From NCBI GenBank assembly GCA_965202585.1, contig OZ241831.1:13082001-13146000 (forward strand): a DNA stretch of 64,000 nucleotides, given 5' to 3'. The notes under the pieces were generated by a model. The model ran no database searches, was not told where the DNA came from, and worked only from the letters and a program-made list of their open reading frames with translations. This document shows positions 23,285-37,110 of this stretch, one piece after another; the stretch's first letter is position 1, and each line of letters begins with the position of its first letter. This stretch comes from Thalia democratica. Its lineage: Eukaryota. Made by a program: the position numbers and the translations under genes.

Positions 23285-25472
23285 TATTTATTTTAAGACG
23301 TTTTTTTTCTATATCTGTATGACTCATCAATACGATTATCGTTCACACTGAATTTGATTTTTTTAAATAACATTAAGTAAGTCACTTTCACAGCTTTTAA
23401 TTTAAATGAGAGCTTTTATATATCAGGAGAGCTTAACTTAGAGAACCATAGCTATAAATGCGAAGACGAAGACTTGCATGATTTTCTAAGGTTTTTAAGT
23501 TGAAAATTTAAGACTTTGACGAAAACAAGCAACCAGTGCTTACAGTTGTTGTGTTATCAGTAAAAGGCTCTCAAATTCTTTATAATGATAACTTTAGCGG
23601 TTTGGTTTTTTTAATAATTGAAGCACTTTTCTTAGTAAATAGGAGCAACTTACATCGAGTACCTAAAACTAATTAATGTTTTCCACAGTAAGTACAGTAC
23701 TTCCTCGCTTATCCGGCTATGTTCGTCAAACTTTTTTTGTAAATAAGGTAGAGTTAACCTTTGGCCGGATAAAAACAAAATAAAATTTTTAATCAAACTA
23801 CGTCGTTGATATTATGCAATGTATATATCCATTGTCCCGGACAAGACCTTAAAAAGTAAAAAGTATCCAAAAGGTGAGCGCCTAGATAACCGAAAGGTTT
23901 TTGTGCACCAGGTCCTAGGAACAAACATTTTGAGCGTCTTTTTTTGTCGTTCGATAAACCATTAAAATAAAACGTACACAAAAGTATCTGTTTATTGAAT
24001 TTATTTTCACTTTCTTCAACAAACCAAAGAACTAAAACAGACAACATATAAGCATAAATAACTTTTGAATAAACTTAATGAAAACAAATTGCATTGTAAA
24101 CAGCTAAACTAATATCGGAACTTTTTCTGAAGAAATAAAGAACGGAAGTTTGTTTGACACAACAATCTTGTTTCTTAGCATAAAACTCAAGGAATCGGAA
24201 AAATTGTGAAACACTTTCTAAAGTTGAAACACTTTTTTAAATATACATAATTTTTTGAGTTGTAGCCCTTTAAAAAAATTAGTAAGAATTTGAATTGTCG
24301 TACAACCGAAATCTTGTATATAAAACCTCTCTATGTCTTTAGACTTAGTAAATTTATAGAAGATTTATTTGCCACTTCTTGTTTAATCACATTCTCTTGT
24401 TTAAACACGTATTTTTGCTGTTGACTTAATTTGCATAGATTCGCGAGAGGTTACTGTGTATTATCAAATAAAAAATTGACTTATGAAGTATATAAACAAA
24501 AATAAGAAAACCAATAATACTAGTTTCAATTTTTAAGAAACTCTATAAGGTACTTGTTTTCGATTTAAGATTAAATGTAAGCATTTAAGATTACGAAAAA
24601 ATCTACATTTAGACATAATTGCGTAGACTACATTTTTTACAATACTGTTTTTTTAAAAGTAATCCTTGAATGAGAAAACTAAGAAATATTCAATCTATAA
24701 ATTCATGCTATCCGACAAAATGTACATGAATGCTTTGATAAAAACTGTACATAAATAAAAGATCACTTAAAAGTACAAACTTAAAAATTGTAAACACAAA
24801 AAAAAATTATGAATAAATTTATAACAGTTTTTAATTGCAATGTTTACAGAGCAAAAAAAAAGTAGAAAAATTGAAAGCATACTTTAAAATTTGTAGTAGA
24901 CTTTTCATTCTGAAGATTCGATGATCTTATTAGAATATGAAATTTTATAATCCAAGTTGGCTTTTAAGCAAAATAATGATTAAACGCTAAAAAAGTTAAA
25001 AATGACCTGCTGTATGAAAAAACCTTTCGGTTATCGAGTCGCACAACACGGAATCAGTTTAATGCTTTGTCCACGTCCAGAAGACTTATTTTAGCTCATT
25101 AGACTGACTATTATATTAGTATGTTCATGTTTTCATCTAAAAATTAGCTTAGACTTTAAATTTATTATCTAAACTAGATTGCCAATTTTAAATATTTAAA
25201 ATCATGATAACAATTGATAATGTTAATAGTTTTTAAATAAAAGTTACTTTTGAATATTTTTTTTCTAATTTTGTAGGTATTATTTTTTTTTCAAATTAAT
25301 GTTTCAAAGTTTGTCTAAAAACATTTCTAAATATCAATAAGTATGAAATAATTTATTTTTTGAAACAATTTTCGAACACTACTCGAACACTCGACACTAA
25401 GTGTTGTTTTTTTATGGAAAGTGTTCATGTACAAACTTGTATTTTTATGAAACTATTGTTTGTATAGTACAG

Positions 25473-25479
25473 TATAAAA
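25473..25479 (+). promoter_or_regulatory. TATA box of copy C
   Basis: TATAAAA at the same distance from the ATG (25546) as in B, D and E. Confidence 0.72.
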
Positions 25480-27854
25480 GTACAGACGAACTGACATTTG
25501 ACATCTATTGTTTGTTTGATTATAATAATACAGACAATCAAAAGTATGAAGATAGTCGCTGTCTTCTTAGCATGCATTGTTGTAAGTTTAAAATTTACCA
25601 CAAACAGTTTTGCTAATTTGCAAAGAATGATTATTTATAAAGGTCAAATACGATTCTTAACGCCCAACATTTATTTCAAAAGTTTATTAATTTTTATATA
25701 TCCTAGTACAAATTTAATCTTATTTAAAGTTGTAACATTTTAGGTATTCAGTTTAAATTGAGTTTCATAGCTAGTGATTAATTGACTTATAGACCTTAAG
25801 AATAAATATTATATACATCATTTAATATGTTGCCTGTTAATAAGTGTTAAGAATGATAATTTTATTTTCATTTTTCTTCTACTTATTTATTATTAAATAC
25901 TTAAATTGTTACCTCATACATATTGATTTATATGATTGGCTCATTAGCAAAAAACAAAATTTAAATATAAAAATTTTATGCTACTAAGATAATCTCAAAT
26001 AATATAGTCTTAAATTAATTTTATACTTTTCAGGCATCCCAAGGTGCAGTATTTAACATCCCAGATTACGATTACTGGTGCAATCAGAACTTCTGTGTTG
26101 TGCCACATCAAAGCTACTACAGTTACAAAGTCAACTTCAACCAAGCTTGGTGTCAGGGTCACTTCTACAGAGGCATCCTTTGCGAATTCCCAAAATGTTT
26201 CGAACCAAAAGGCTGTGAAGCTGGTTAGAATTTACGTGATTAAATACATCAAAACTTTCTCAGTCTTTAAAACCACATTGAAAGCTTTTAATTAATAAAG
26301 TAATATAGTTTTTTTATATACTTTTATTTTTAAATTTGTTCCAGTTAATAGGATATCTTGAACGTTTAAGTGAAAAAAGCCCATTATTTTGATTCAATTC
26401 TTGTTTTTCAAGCGCATTAAATGACAAAACGACATCATTAACAAATAAATAACTTAAGCTGTTTTTTTATAACAGAGGAAAACGCTCCCGGAAGAATTAG
26501 TGAGATCGAACAGAGGCTCGCTCATGTCAGACAACAGATCTACGGTGAGTTGATGCAAGGACAAGAACAATGGATCAAGATGCTCATGGACTTGAACCAC
26601 CAATACGTGTGCACCTTCAGAGATTACTACCAACATGCTACCAACTGCGCATACACCGAACTTGAAGGTAGATTGAAACAATACTCCGACGAGCTTGAAG
26701 GTTACAAACAACAGGGTATTGCTCGCTACAACGGAAATGTTCAACAAATTATGCAAAAGATTGAGCAATACCATTGTCATCTAGTTGATCAGTTAGTAAT
26801 GTGCTATTATAGGTTTTAAGCTTAAGTATATTTTAAAAAAGTATTATAGTTTAGAGCGTATAAAGCGTTTACAAAACAGCAACTAATTTTTTTATAAACC
26901 AGCAAACAATAATTCTATCTGTTTAAGTACAAGTAATTGAGCTATAATGTTGTTATGTTACAAAACTAATAATAAGTTGTAAGTTCCAGGTAAACATAGT
27001 TTTTGCATTTCAAAATAAATTATCGACATTGTTAAGTCTAGCTAAAACAAAATAACCAGGTTAAAAGGATGTCTCCAAAAGCGTCAACACCAAATCGGTG
27101 GAATTCACGGTAAAATGGGTGAACGTGCGTAACATTACGTCAACGCTTACCATGAAAAACTCGACAAACTTCGTACAAGAAAAACTACTTACGTCAGACA
27201 CATCTTTGCTACTATTTACAGTAAGTAGAATTGGTCATTTAACAAAAAAATAGAAATTCATGAAATTCTTGAGACTCTAGGTATATATTTAAGCATACAA
27301 CAAGTCATTAGATGGAGTTTTGACATACAAAATTTTCTTAACAGTACGTATACAGATTAATATAAAAGAACGTTTTAATTAAGCTTTGAAATAAATTATA
27401 GAAGGCAAAGATATGCCTTCCGAATTTGAAGATGCAGTTAAGCAATGGGAAGAAGAAATGGTCAGATACGACCAGACTTTGGTCCAAGGTTTCTACACTA
27501 AAGTGATGCAAGCAGCACAAATGGTTGAAAAAGATTACAGATGTACTTATGTCTGTTACTTCAGGAACGGTTGCTACAGCATCGTAAGAAAACAATCAAA
27601 ATGGTAAGATCAATTTAATAAAATTAACATTTATTTTGCTTTAAAATACGTCATATTTACTTTTTATTTTTAGCGGTGATCTTCCAGTTGCACCAAAATG
27701 CAAGTTTAACCTCAGTTTTGTTGGAGCTTTCTCTGCTGAATGGAACGGATGTGCTTACAAATCTCTTAAAACTTGTTCAAAGAGTAAATTTAGTTGTAAG
27801 GCTTAATTTTTTAATAAAATTTTAAAAATTAGAAAAATATTTCTAACCTAATTA

Positions 27855-28047
27855 AACTAACCTAAAAACTTTTTTCGGTTGTGACTGACTGATGAGTCCT
27901 AATAAGGACGAAACCGGTCTCAGTCTACCGAAACTTGTGGTCTGATGATCGAATTGGCATGATCAACCCTTTTGTTAAATTTGAGCTTGTCTCACGGCAA
28001 ACGAAAGTCCGGACTTGTTCTGCAGACTTTCGCCGATTTTGTTGATT
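27855..28047 (+). mobile_element. ~190-bp ribozyme-bearing insert (PLE pseudo-LTR or retrozyme-like fragment) replacing exon 7 of copy C
   Basis: Left flank aligns to intron 6 of A/B/D; right flank (TTATAAATAGGAATTTAGAAGCTCC) aligns to the 3' part of intron 7 of E; the middle is GC-richer and contains the hammerhead and a hairpin at 28002-28032. Boundaries are approximate. Confidence 0.6.
27883..27925 (+). ncRNA. Canonical type I hammerhead ribozyme with minimal palindromic helix III
   Basis: GACUGA-CUGAUGA-GUCC-UAAUAA-GGAC-GAAA-CCGG-UC-UCAGUC: perfect 6-bp stem I (extendable by UUCGGU/ACCGAA), 4-bp stem II, intact core, predicted GUC cleavage after 27919. Confidence 0.88.
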
Positions 28048-29201
28048 ACTTATAAATAGGAATTTAGAAGCTCCTTTGGAACTTTTTATTTTATTTTTTT
28101 GTAATAGAAAAAAAGGGAATATTAACTTGTTTTAGAGATCTAAAAGATATGTTACTAATTTCAGATGCCCACCAACCCAAGCTGAAATCGAAAACTTCCA
28201 CAATTTGTTGAGAGCTCAAGCCAAGGAATGGATCGACCTCCATCAACATAAAATGCTCCACCAAATCGAGTGCGTCCACGAAAGAGTCCACGTTCGCATC
28301 TTGCAATGGAAAACTCATGCTGACCAGATGATCCACAAAGTGAAAGCTAACTTCCACCAGTGCATGTCCGGCAGACAGTCAAAGATCGACGCTTACATCA
28401 AGGGACTCTACAACAAACGCGTCCATCAACGTGCTGCCATCATCAAGACTTTGACCCATGTTAGTTGGAGTTTAATGTTCAATAAAATCAATTTGAAAGG
28501 TGTTTTATAAAATTAATTTTAGTGTGTTTTTTGTATTAGCATGCAAGACTCTAAAACCAAAGCATAATATAATGCAAAATTGAATATAAAGTAGATCCTA
28601 AGTTGTTCAAATAAACTTTTAAGAATTAACTTGAATAATTTATAACAAGGCTACAGAAGTCTAAAATTGATTTTTATTACTTTCCTTTAGAATTAAAAAA
28701 ATATCTAGTTAATCGAAAATGTTAAGTATAAATTTCATCTTATTGTTGACTAAAAACTACATTCAAAATCTAAAGCGTGCCCATTGCCACTTGGTTTCTT
28801 TCGACAAGTTCTTCTCCAGCGTTTTTGGTGAAAATCCAAACCAACTCGTTCTCAACCTGAGAACTCACTACCACGAATGCGTTGACACTAAAGTGAAGAA
28901 GATTATTGAAAAGTTCGATTACTTCCACCACTACTACGAGCCAAGATTGATCAAGCACTACTGCTGCTGCTTCAAATGTAACGCCAAGTTCACCTGTCCA
29001 TCGTTCAGACTCATGTGCAAATGGAACTTCTGTCCACCATCAGTTCACTCGTGTACCTTCCGTACTTGTTAGGTAAATATTTGTGTATTTTATATTTAAA
29101 GACTTTACCAAACGATATAACAAAGTTAGGTATAAATTTCATAAGATTAAAAAATGACTTATATTTTCTTAAATGAAGTTATAACAATTTTTATCTTGCA
29201 G

Positions 29202-29257
29202 GTGGTTACAGAGAGGAAATGGATCGCTTTAACTTCAAAAAAAATGAAAAAAAATAA
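29202..29257 (+). other. Terminal exon 10 of copy C (diverged)
   Basis: CTTGCAG acceptor; alignable to 3628-3671 via GATCGCTT.AACTTCAAA. Confidence 0.6.
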
Positions 29258-29939
29258 ATTGGTGTTTACTAATAAACTTCTTAAAAAAATTGTGCTTCTT
29301 TTTTTATGTAACAGTCTACATTAAATCAATCTATGCATTGAAAAGTCAGATAAAGTATGTGATTTACCCATTTACAATAAATAAACAGCACATTGTAGTT
29401 CTTAAATCTTAGAAGAACTTGTAGTTTAATTTAAGTCAATAAAAAAAGCAACACAGATTACATATCAATAAGAAAAGTTTATCAAACAATAGTGGTAGGA
29501 TTCGGCAGTATTTTAGAGTGAACTAGGCAAATGTAATAAAAAATTATCTATTCAACCGGATATTTTTAGAGTTATAACAGGCCAATATACGTTTTGAAAC
29601 TTTAAAAAAATAACTTAAATTACTAGATAAAATTTGTTGTAATCAATCAAAAAGCGAAACTTTTTACTCTATATTAAATTAATATAAAACTTTTAAATCC
29701 TTTTCATAAAATCATTAAATTTTCTTGAATTTTTTCAACTAAAAAATACGTAGCAGACTTCATGTTGCTTGCAGACCGTACTTGTTGAAACGAATTGCTT
29801 GATTCACAAATTAATCGAGCGTGACATTTGCCCAAAACTATTATTACTTGAGTAAATAAAAACACCACTTAAATAAAACTTTGAAATACAATATACTAAA
29901 GTTATGATGTAACAAAATGTATATTTTGTTGTTTTTAAA

Positions 29940-29957
29940 TGACCGCCAGGGGGCGTT
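29940..29957 (+). promoter_or_regulatory. CTCF-consensus-like motif
   Basis: TGACCGCCAGGGGGCGTT matches CCRSYAGRKGGCR at all 13 core positions, in a very AT-rich background. Confidence 0.4.
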
Positions 29958-30929
29958 AGACGATTGTTTATCAGGTCAACACACAATAAAACTTTAGCAT
30001 TGTTTGTTATTTTGCTCAGTTAAGCCATAAGACCGTGCGGGAGGCACACTAATTGATTATATGAACTTTTTTATTATTTTCATTTTATAAGATCTTGATG
30101 TTTGTTTGCATTATTATATTATATTGTGCTTAATTTAGCCATCGTTGTGCATGAAGCACGACATATATTAAGACTCTGTATTATTAGTAGTATTTTTAGT
30201 AAGACCTATTTTGTGTTTAAGATTGTGTCACTCAGACACTTTAAGAACATCATTAAGACATTTCTATTTGTAGAACTTTGTGTTTATTTGTTGTGTTTTT
30301 ATTCGCAGTTTTATTCAACTGATTTATTAGCTGCATTATCACTTCTAATTCTACTTCCTTATTTTCACATTAACATCACGTTTTCAATAAACTCACTTCA
30401 TTAAAGAAATTATATATATTAAGTTTATTACATACTTATTAATTACTAAGTTGAACCTAATGAGTAAGGTAAATTCAGTAAAAACCTCAAGAGCTAAACG
30501 CGTTAAGAGTTTAGCACAAAAAAGGGGACTTCCCCTAATTAACGGTAGTTCCTACCAGTGGCGTCGCGTGGTATTTTTTTTAGGTGGTGCATAATTTAGA
30601 AAAAAATTCCCCTACTTTAAAACTATTTTTTATCTTAAATAAAGACTTTTTTCTACAACAATTACATTAAATTGCTAATGTAACCTGGGAAATTTTGTTT
30701 AGTAATAAAACATTTATTTTTTCAAAAAAAAATTATGTAAGAAAATAACTTTAAAAAAAAAGGTAAATACTTTGAAATTTTAAGTAATTATAAGAATATA
30801 AGAAAAAAAATTATTTTAAGTAATTTACAAGACTCAAAAAATGTTAGCTTACTTATGAGTATTAATTTTTAAGAAGGCTTTAAAATTTAAACTAACAGTA
30901 GAAAAAAAATTGGACAAAACAAACTTTTA

Positions 30930-31950
30930 TTATATTGAAAAACACAGCAACTTTAATAGTTTTTCTTTTGCCTCAACTTAATTTAAAAAATATTTGATTA
31001 AACATCATACTAAGAATGGTTATTTTACTAATATTTAACTTAACAAAAAAAAAGAAATGTCTTATTAGACTTGGCAAGAACATTAAAAAGTCTACAAACA
31101 AACAAAAAAATGTTATGTACAAACTGCAAGTTTATTTTAAGTAAAATTTATTAAAACTCAGTAGAAAATAATTGCTTATTTACTGATGAAAAATGAAAAA
31201 AATAAACGAGTATCAATTTATAACTAATTAAAATTTTTATGTTTGAAAAAAAAAAAAACAGCTTGACTACTAAGTTAAAAACACAGAAGTAAAATAAGCA
31301 AGCTCATAAATATCAAATTTTACGAAGTCTCTAACTTACAATTTAGATTAAACAGATTAATATTATAATAAGAAAATACAGCAACTGCATTAATATTTTT
31401 TTTAGCCTCAACTTTAGTTCAAAAATATTGGATTAATTAAATATCAAACTATTAATAATTGTTTTACTAATATTTAATAATAAAAAAGTCTAATTATACT
31501 TCGCAAGTAAATTAAAAAGTCTACAAACAAATAAAATGTTTTGTAGAAAATGAAATTTTTTTTAAGAACAACTTACATTACTCAGTAAAGAAATTTAAAA
31601 TTCATTTATGATAAAAAAAAAGTTTAAATAAGTAAAAAAAGTAAAACAAGCAAACTAAATAATATTAAGTTTTACAAAGGCTCTAAAGTTAAAACTAAAA
31701 GTAGCTTACAATTTAGATATAAGAAACTTATATTATAAAAAAAAACACAGCAACTATAATAATATTTCATTTTAGCTTCAACTTTACTTAAAAAATATTG
31801 GATTAAATACCAAACTAAAAATAATATTTTTACTTATTTTTAACTAAACAAAAAAAAGGAATGCATAATGAAGCTTGGCAAGTAAATTAAAAAGTCTACA
31901 AACAAAGAAAAATATATGTACAAATTACAACTTTTTAAAGAAAAACTAAA
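30930..31950 (+). repeat. Three diverged ~400-bp tandem units inside the hAT element
   Basis: Recurrent AAA.ACAGCAACT...C.TCAACTT...AAAAATATT.GATTAA...GCAAG.A.ATTAAAAAGTCTACAAACAAA at ~30940, ~31375 and ~31740. Confidence 0.75.
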
Positions 31951-32040
31951 CTTGCTTAGTACAGAAAATAGTTACTACTGAACGTCTACCTAAAAAATTA
32001 AATCTTAAGTCTAACTTTGCAAACATAAATACTTAGACTC

Positions 32041-32367
32041 TTACTTTTCACCTTTGTAACTAAAATTCATTCTTCTCTCCTTTTGGCTGATAAATTTCTC
32101 CATCACCTCTTCTTTGAAACTAGTACAGTTTTTAAGTAAGTCCCTACCAATCGAAATTACACTCAAAGAATTTAATCTTGACTGACCCATGGTGTTTCTC
32201 AAAAATGTTTTTATCCTTTTAAAAGATGAAAATGTTCTTTCAGCGTCTACACTATTCATGGGAATAGTTATCAAAGTTCTAAGAAACTTTGTAGTTTCGT
32301 TAAATATTTTAGTCAGGTTATGTTCTTCAAGATATAACAGTATTTTCACTAAATCATCCTGATGCAT
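32041..32367 (-). pseudogene. hAT transposase C-terminal dimerisation-domain fragment
   Basis: TIPMNSVDAERTFSSFKRIKTFLRNTMGQSRLNSLSVISI, the typical hAT C-terminal motif; the upstream part of the transposase is missing. Confidence 0.88.
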
Positions 32368-32577
32368 GTGAATAAAATGTTTTCAGTTCTCTTTCTAACT
32401 GTTTACATTCAACTACAGAATAACACTTCTTCACTGTTTCTATAAGTTCCAAAGGAAAACAGGATTTATAAACAGTAACATATTTTGCCAACAATAACTG
32501 TAAAATTCTTAAACTGTTCTAACTATACAGAGTAAACTAATAAATAATTTCAATATTAAAAAAAAATTAAATAAAAG

Positions 32578-32768
32578 CAAGGTTGCCACTCTTTGAGTCA
32601 AAAGAAACTGTCCTAAGTGACCTTAAAATGCCCTGAGTCACCATGTGTTTTTGAGAAAAAATCAAAATACTTTGAGTTTCCCTGAGATTTTTTAGAACTT
32701 AAAATGTTTAAAATGTTTAAAATGTTAAATTAAGTTTCACTGAGTACCCTGAGTGTGTGGCAATCCTG
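32578..32768. mobile_element. Small MITE-like insertion truncating the transposase region
   Basis: Imperfect TIRs CAAGGTTGCCAC / CAGGATTGCCAC; internal CCCTGAG repeats; TSD not convincing. Confidence 0.45.
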
Positions 32769-34730
32769 AATATAGCTAAAAAAAGACTAAAATAATTTTA
32801 AAAACAGAGTTTCATTTTATCAATAACTTTAAGGACATGAAGATATTTTTTTTTAATATATTTTTACTATCAAGTTTGAAAACAGCTGAACTTTTGCTAC
32901 ACCTGAAGATAAGCTTTGCTTTTAAAGGCATTGGGAGGATGAAACACTTTCTTCACAATTTGATCTTATTTTATGAAGTTTTACTAAGCTACAAGATGCT
33001 TTTTACAGATTTTAAAAATTCAAAATACTTTTTTAGATATAGCCGATCAAAGTCGAAGGCACGAAAAGGTTCCTTACAGGAGGCACAAACTAAAACAGCG
33101 TTTAAAAAAAAAGTGTTTTACCCCCCCTTTTATGCCCTTAACATATACTTTAGAATTATTTTACTGAACTTATTTTATACAGTTTTAATTTAACTGCAAG
33201 GCATTTTTTATCAATATAAAAAATCATATTAATTTTTGAGATATGGGAATTCACAGTCAGAGATACAAAAGAGTCCTTATTAATATAATATAAACTCAAA
33301 CAACAAATAAATCAAATCACTAAAAACATATCTTTTTTTATAAGTTAGCCTCAAAATCTTTAGATGTTTCTTTTATAAAATAAAACAATTTGCTAAAATA
33401 GATACTTAAAACACTAAGAAAAAAAAGTTATAACAAAAGTAATATTTTTTTGTATATATAAAAATATATATTGATAGTTAAAAATTTAACACTTCTCTTC
33501 AACAAAAGTATAAAATTTCATAAAGTTTAGGATGAAAAAGTTTGATAAAAATTGCTTTAAAAATGATGAAAATATAGGTTTTCAGTAAAATTGCATTTTT
33601 TTGCTCTTTTAGTTTGCTCCTTGTATAATAAATCAATGTAATCTCTGGCCTGACCGGTTGTATCTAAAAGTTTAATTGGAAGTTTCAAGTTTATTAAAGA
33701 ATAACTATTAGCTTTCTGAAAAACTTAGAATAAGAAGAACATGTAAAAAAGTGCCTATACATCCCCCCCCCTTACCCCTCAATATTTTGCACAATTTTTT
33801 TAAACAAACTTTGAGATTTTTATTAACTTTATTTCTAAACTTAACGTTTTTTTGTTGGAGGTTTAAAATTCAATAGTTTTTTAAGGGTATCTTTTATGTA
33901 TTTAAATTTAATTTGTTTTTCATTTTGATCACAGTATTTTTCTCAGGAGCTCAACTTTTTAAAGTTTAGTTGGTGAGGCTGTTGAACTTTTCAAGAAATT
34001 TAAAGATAATTAATAAATATGTAACCATTATAACAGTAAAAATTGGTTAGTTAGTTTTCATGTGGCCATAGGGGTAAAACACTTATATTTTAACTTTAAA
34101 TAAACTTGTTATTTTCAGAGTAAAAAACTAAAAATGCTTTAGTCAGCCTGAATATTTTCTAATTTGGTCAGTTTTAATTTATCTTGGGTCATCTTGAGTT
34201 TTTTTAACATTTCTAAGTTATCCTGATTATGAGGCAAGGCAACCATGTTTCAACAATTTTATGTAAAATTTTTGCTTTGTTTATGAAAAAATTAAACCAA
34301 AAGTCATATAAAGTAGACTAAAATGTTAAACTACTCTAAGTAATCAAAGTTTCTTGGGGGGTCAGACCAATATTTTAAGTTAAGGGTATTTACTTTATTT
34401 AAATATGTGACTCTTTCAATAATAATAATTTTTATTTAATATAAATCTAAATTATTTTTCTGTAAGAGTAAACTAGAAGTTTATAATAAACTGCTTAAGG
34501 TTTTTTCAGAACTCAAATTTTACATTAAAATATTATTTAATTAAATAATTTATTAACTTTATGATTACAATAATCAGTTATAGTTAAGTTTATGTATGCA
34601 GATTAAAATAAAAAATCGAATTTCTTAGACTTAGGTGATTTAAGTTTCTTATATATGTTTTTCAAAATATTTATTTTATGACAAGTTTAAATTTAAAAAA
34701 TCATGTGAGTACATAAACTCGGGAGCGGGT

Positions 34731-35297
34731 CAGAATGACACAGCGACAAAATGACACGGTCGTCAAATAGACACGGTGCGTCACTTTGGCACAGCGACAA
34801 AATGACACGGTGCGTCACCTTGGCACAGTGCGTCAGTTTGGCACGGAGGGTCACTTTGGCACGGCGACAAAATGACACGGTGCGTCACTTTGGCACAGAG
34901 GGTCACTTTGGCACGGCGACAAGATGACACGGTGCGTCACTTTGGCACAGCGACAAAATGACACGGTGCGTCACCTCGGCACGGTGCGTCACTTTGGCAC
35001 AGAGGGTCACTTTGGCACGGCGACAAAATGACACGGTGCGTCACTTTGGCACAGAGGGTTACTTTGGCACGGCGACAAAATGACACGGTGCGTCACTTTG
35101 GCACAGAGGGTCACTTTGGCACAGCGACAAAACGACACGGTGCGTCACTTTGGCACGGAGGGTCACTTTGGCACAGCGACAAAACGACACGGTGCGTCAC
35201 TTTGGCACGGAGGGTCACTTTGGCACAGCGACAAAATGACACGGTGCGTCACTTTGGCACAGAGGGTCACTTTGGCACAGCGACAAAATGACACGGT
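34731..35297 (+). repeat. Left modular repeat array built from 16- and 18-nt modules (AGCGACAAAATGACAC, GGTGCGTCACTTTGGCAC, RGAGGGTCACTTTGGCAC)
   Basis: Read directly; composite 34- and 52-nt units. Confidence 0.95.
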
Positions 35298-37110
35298 GGT
35301 TAATAAGGGAGGGAACGATTTGTTGTTAAACTTCAACCTTTATTGGTATGGACAACGATCTTATTTTTCTAGGAAACTTTTCGGTTTCCTGTCTTCTAAC
35401 CGGTTTTGTAGAATCAGCAACAATCACATTGATTAACTTTAAAAACAAAGACCGCAGGAATTTTTGATCGTGACTTCATAAAATAAAGTGAAACACGTAA
35501 TGTTTATACCTTCTATTCTCATCGTCGTACTTATAAAAAACATGCTCGTTTTTAAGCAATAGCAAGGTGTTAGGTGTGCTTAAAAGCTGTGCTTAATAAA
35601 CAACAACTAGTTGTTTATACCACACAACGTTCACAAAGATGCAAAAGCAGCAATTTTTTTAACAAAATACGACTGCCAAAATTAACGAAAATTTATTTTT
35701 GATTACTTTTGAATGGAAAATCTTAAACACAGTTTAGTACTAGAACTTGAAACGAGTAATAAAAATTAGAAAATGACTTGCCATTTTACGACTAAAAAGA
35801 TAAAAACTCATATAAACATATTATTTAAACTTCAGCAACATTCTGATTTAAAAAATACAATCTTCATTTTAGATCAATTATTCAGTACATCAAAACAATA
35901 AACTAGTAGATGTAAATGCAGAGGAAAATTTGTTTTATAAACTAAAACTCAGACTTTATCGAAAGCAACTTTTCTGCTGTTGTAATTCTAAATTCTAATG
36001 CGTTTCTTATTTTACGTTTTTATGCTTAAAAAATTAATACTTGCGCTACTTTGGCGACTTAATAGGTTGCAAAATTAAAAATAGAAAATTAAATATTATT
36101 TTCATAACAGAGTTAAGACAAAACCGAGATTTTTAAAACTTTGTAATAAAACTCAAGAATAGAAAGTAGAAGAAATGTTTTACACGCAAATTAAAATCTG
36201 CTTTTACTGTATCATTATGAAATTTATTTACTGATTTTGTATTATATAAATACAATTAAATCCTTATATGCAATAAAATACTATAATATCTGTCATACTC
36301 TAAGTTTATTTTTTTATATTTTAGACTAAAAAGTTTTGTAAAAATAAAAAAGACTTAAAGTATTAATAGAATAGAAAACTTTAATAGAATGGCTGCAGCT
36401 TTAATTAGAAGGCTGCAGCAGCAATGTTGTATGTATAACCTCTTCTAGTGATTTTTTTTTAAAGTGATAAATATATAAATGCGCATGAATGGTTGCATCA
36501 GACTCTTAATTTTCTTTCAACTGTTCATAATACTATTTTTAACTTTTTCATAAATATAGGCTCCAGGTCCGTTTATTTTAATTATTTGCTTTCAGACAAG
36601 TTTATTACATATTTTCAATACAGAATTTTAAGTAAACATCCTAACTTATTAACTTTTGTTAATTATAAATATATATACATATTTAATATAAATGGCTAGT
36701 TACTACAAAAGCAGCTTAACTCTGTATTTTTAAAAACTACAGTTAAAACACGCATGACTTATTCTTACTACAAAATAACTCTGTATTAATTTAAATCTTA
36801 GTTATTTTTTTAAACAATTCCTGAAATAATTAATTAAACTTAACAACAAAAAATACTAAATTTTATTCATTACATAAATATGAAAAGTCGTGAAACGTAA
36901 AAAACAAACTTAAGAAATTTATGTTTTTATACTATGACTTTAATTTTAAAGCAATGTAACATATATAGTTTCAAATGTATCAAGCTACTATAGTTTGGAA
37001 AAAGTATAATAAATCTTTTATTTAACTAATTACTATCAAAATTTTACAATTAAAAGTTATATTACTGAAGAAGTTTAGTTTTGCATATACGTTTGTTAAT
37101 CCATGCTATC

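Larger units (their letters stand above)
25546..29072 (+). pseudogene. Copy C, disabled. Exons 25546-25581, 26034-26223, 26476-26791, 27060-27220, 27402-27603, 27674-27783, (exon 7 missing), 28165-28459, 28776-29072
   Basis: In-frame TAA at 27130-27132 (CAA in A, B and E; CAT in D). No exon-7 sequence lies between 27784 and 28164, and exon 6 (phase 1) to exon 8 (phase 2) joining would frameshift. Confidence 0.88.

Noticed and set aside
23695-23772. Tigger/pogo-like TIR start (TA|CAGTACTTCCTCGCTTATCCGGC)
   Set aside because: Only a 9-bp partial inverted match nearby and no complete right end or TSD; not enough to delimit an element.
27942-28032. Second CUGAUGA plus a later GAAA-palindrome as a second hammerhead or a box C/D snoRNA
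   Set aside because: No closing helix II pair, no stem I complementarity and no box D at a suitable distance; only a simple hairpin at 28002-28032 is supported.
34693-35436. ORFs in the modular repeat array, and the array as a possible CRISPR
   Set aside because: The frames are translations of a stop-free minisatellite; there are no unique spacers, no cas genes, and the context is eukaryotic.
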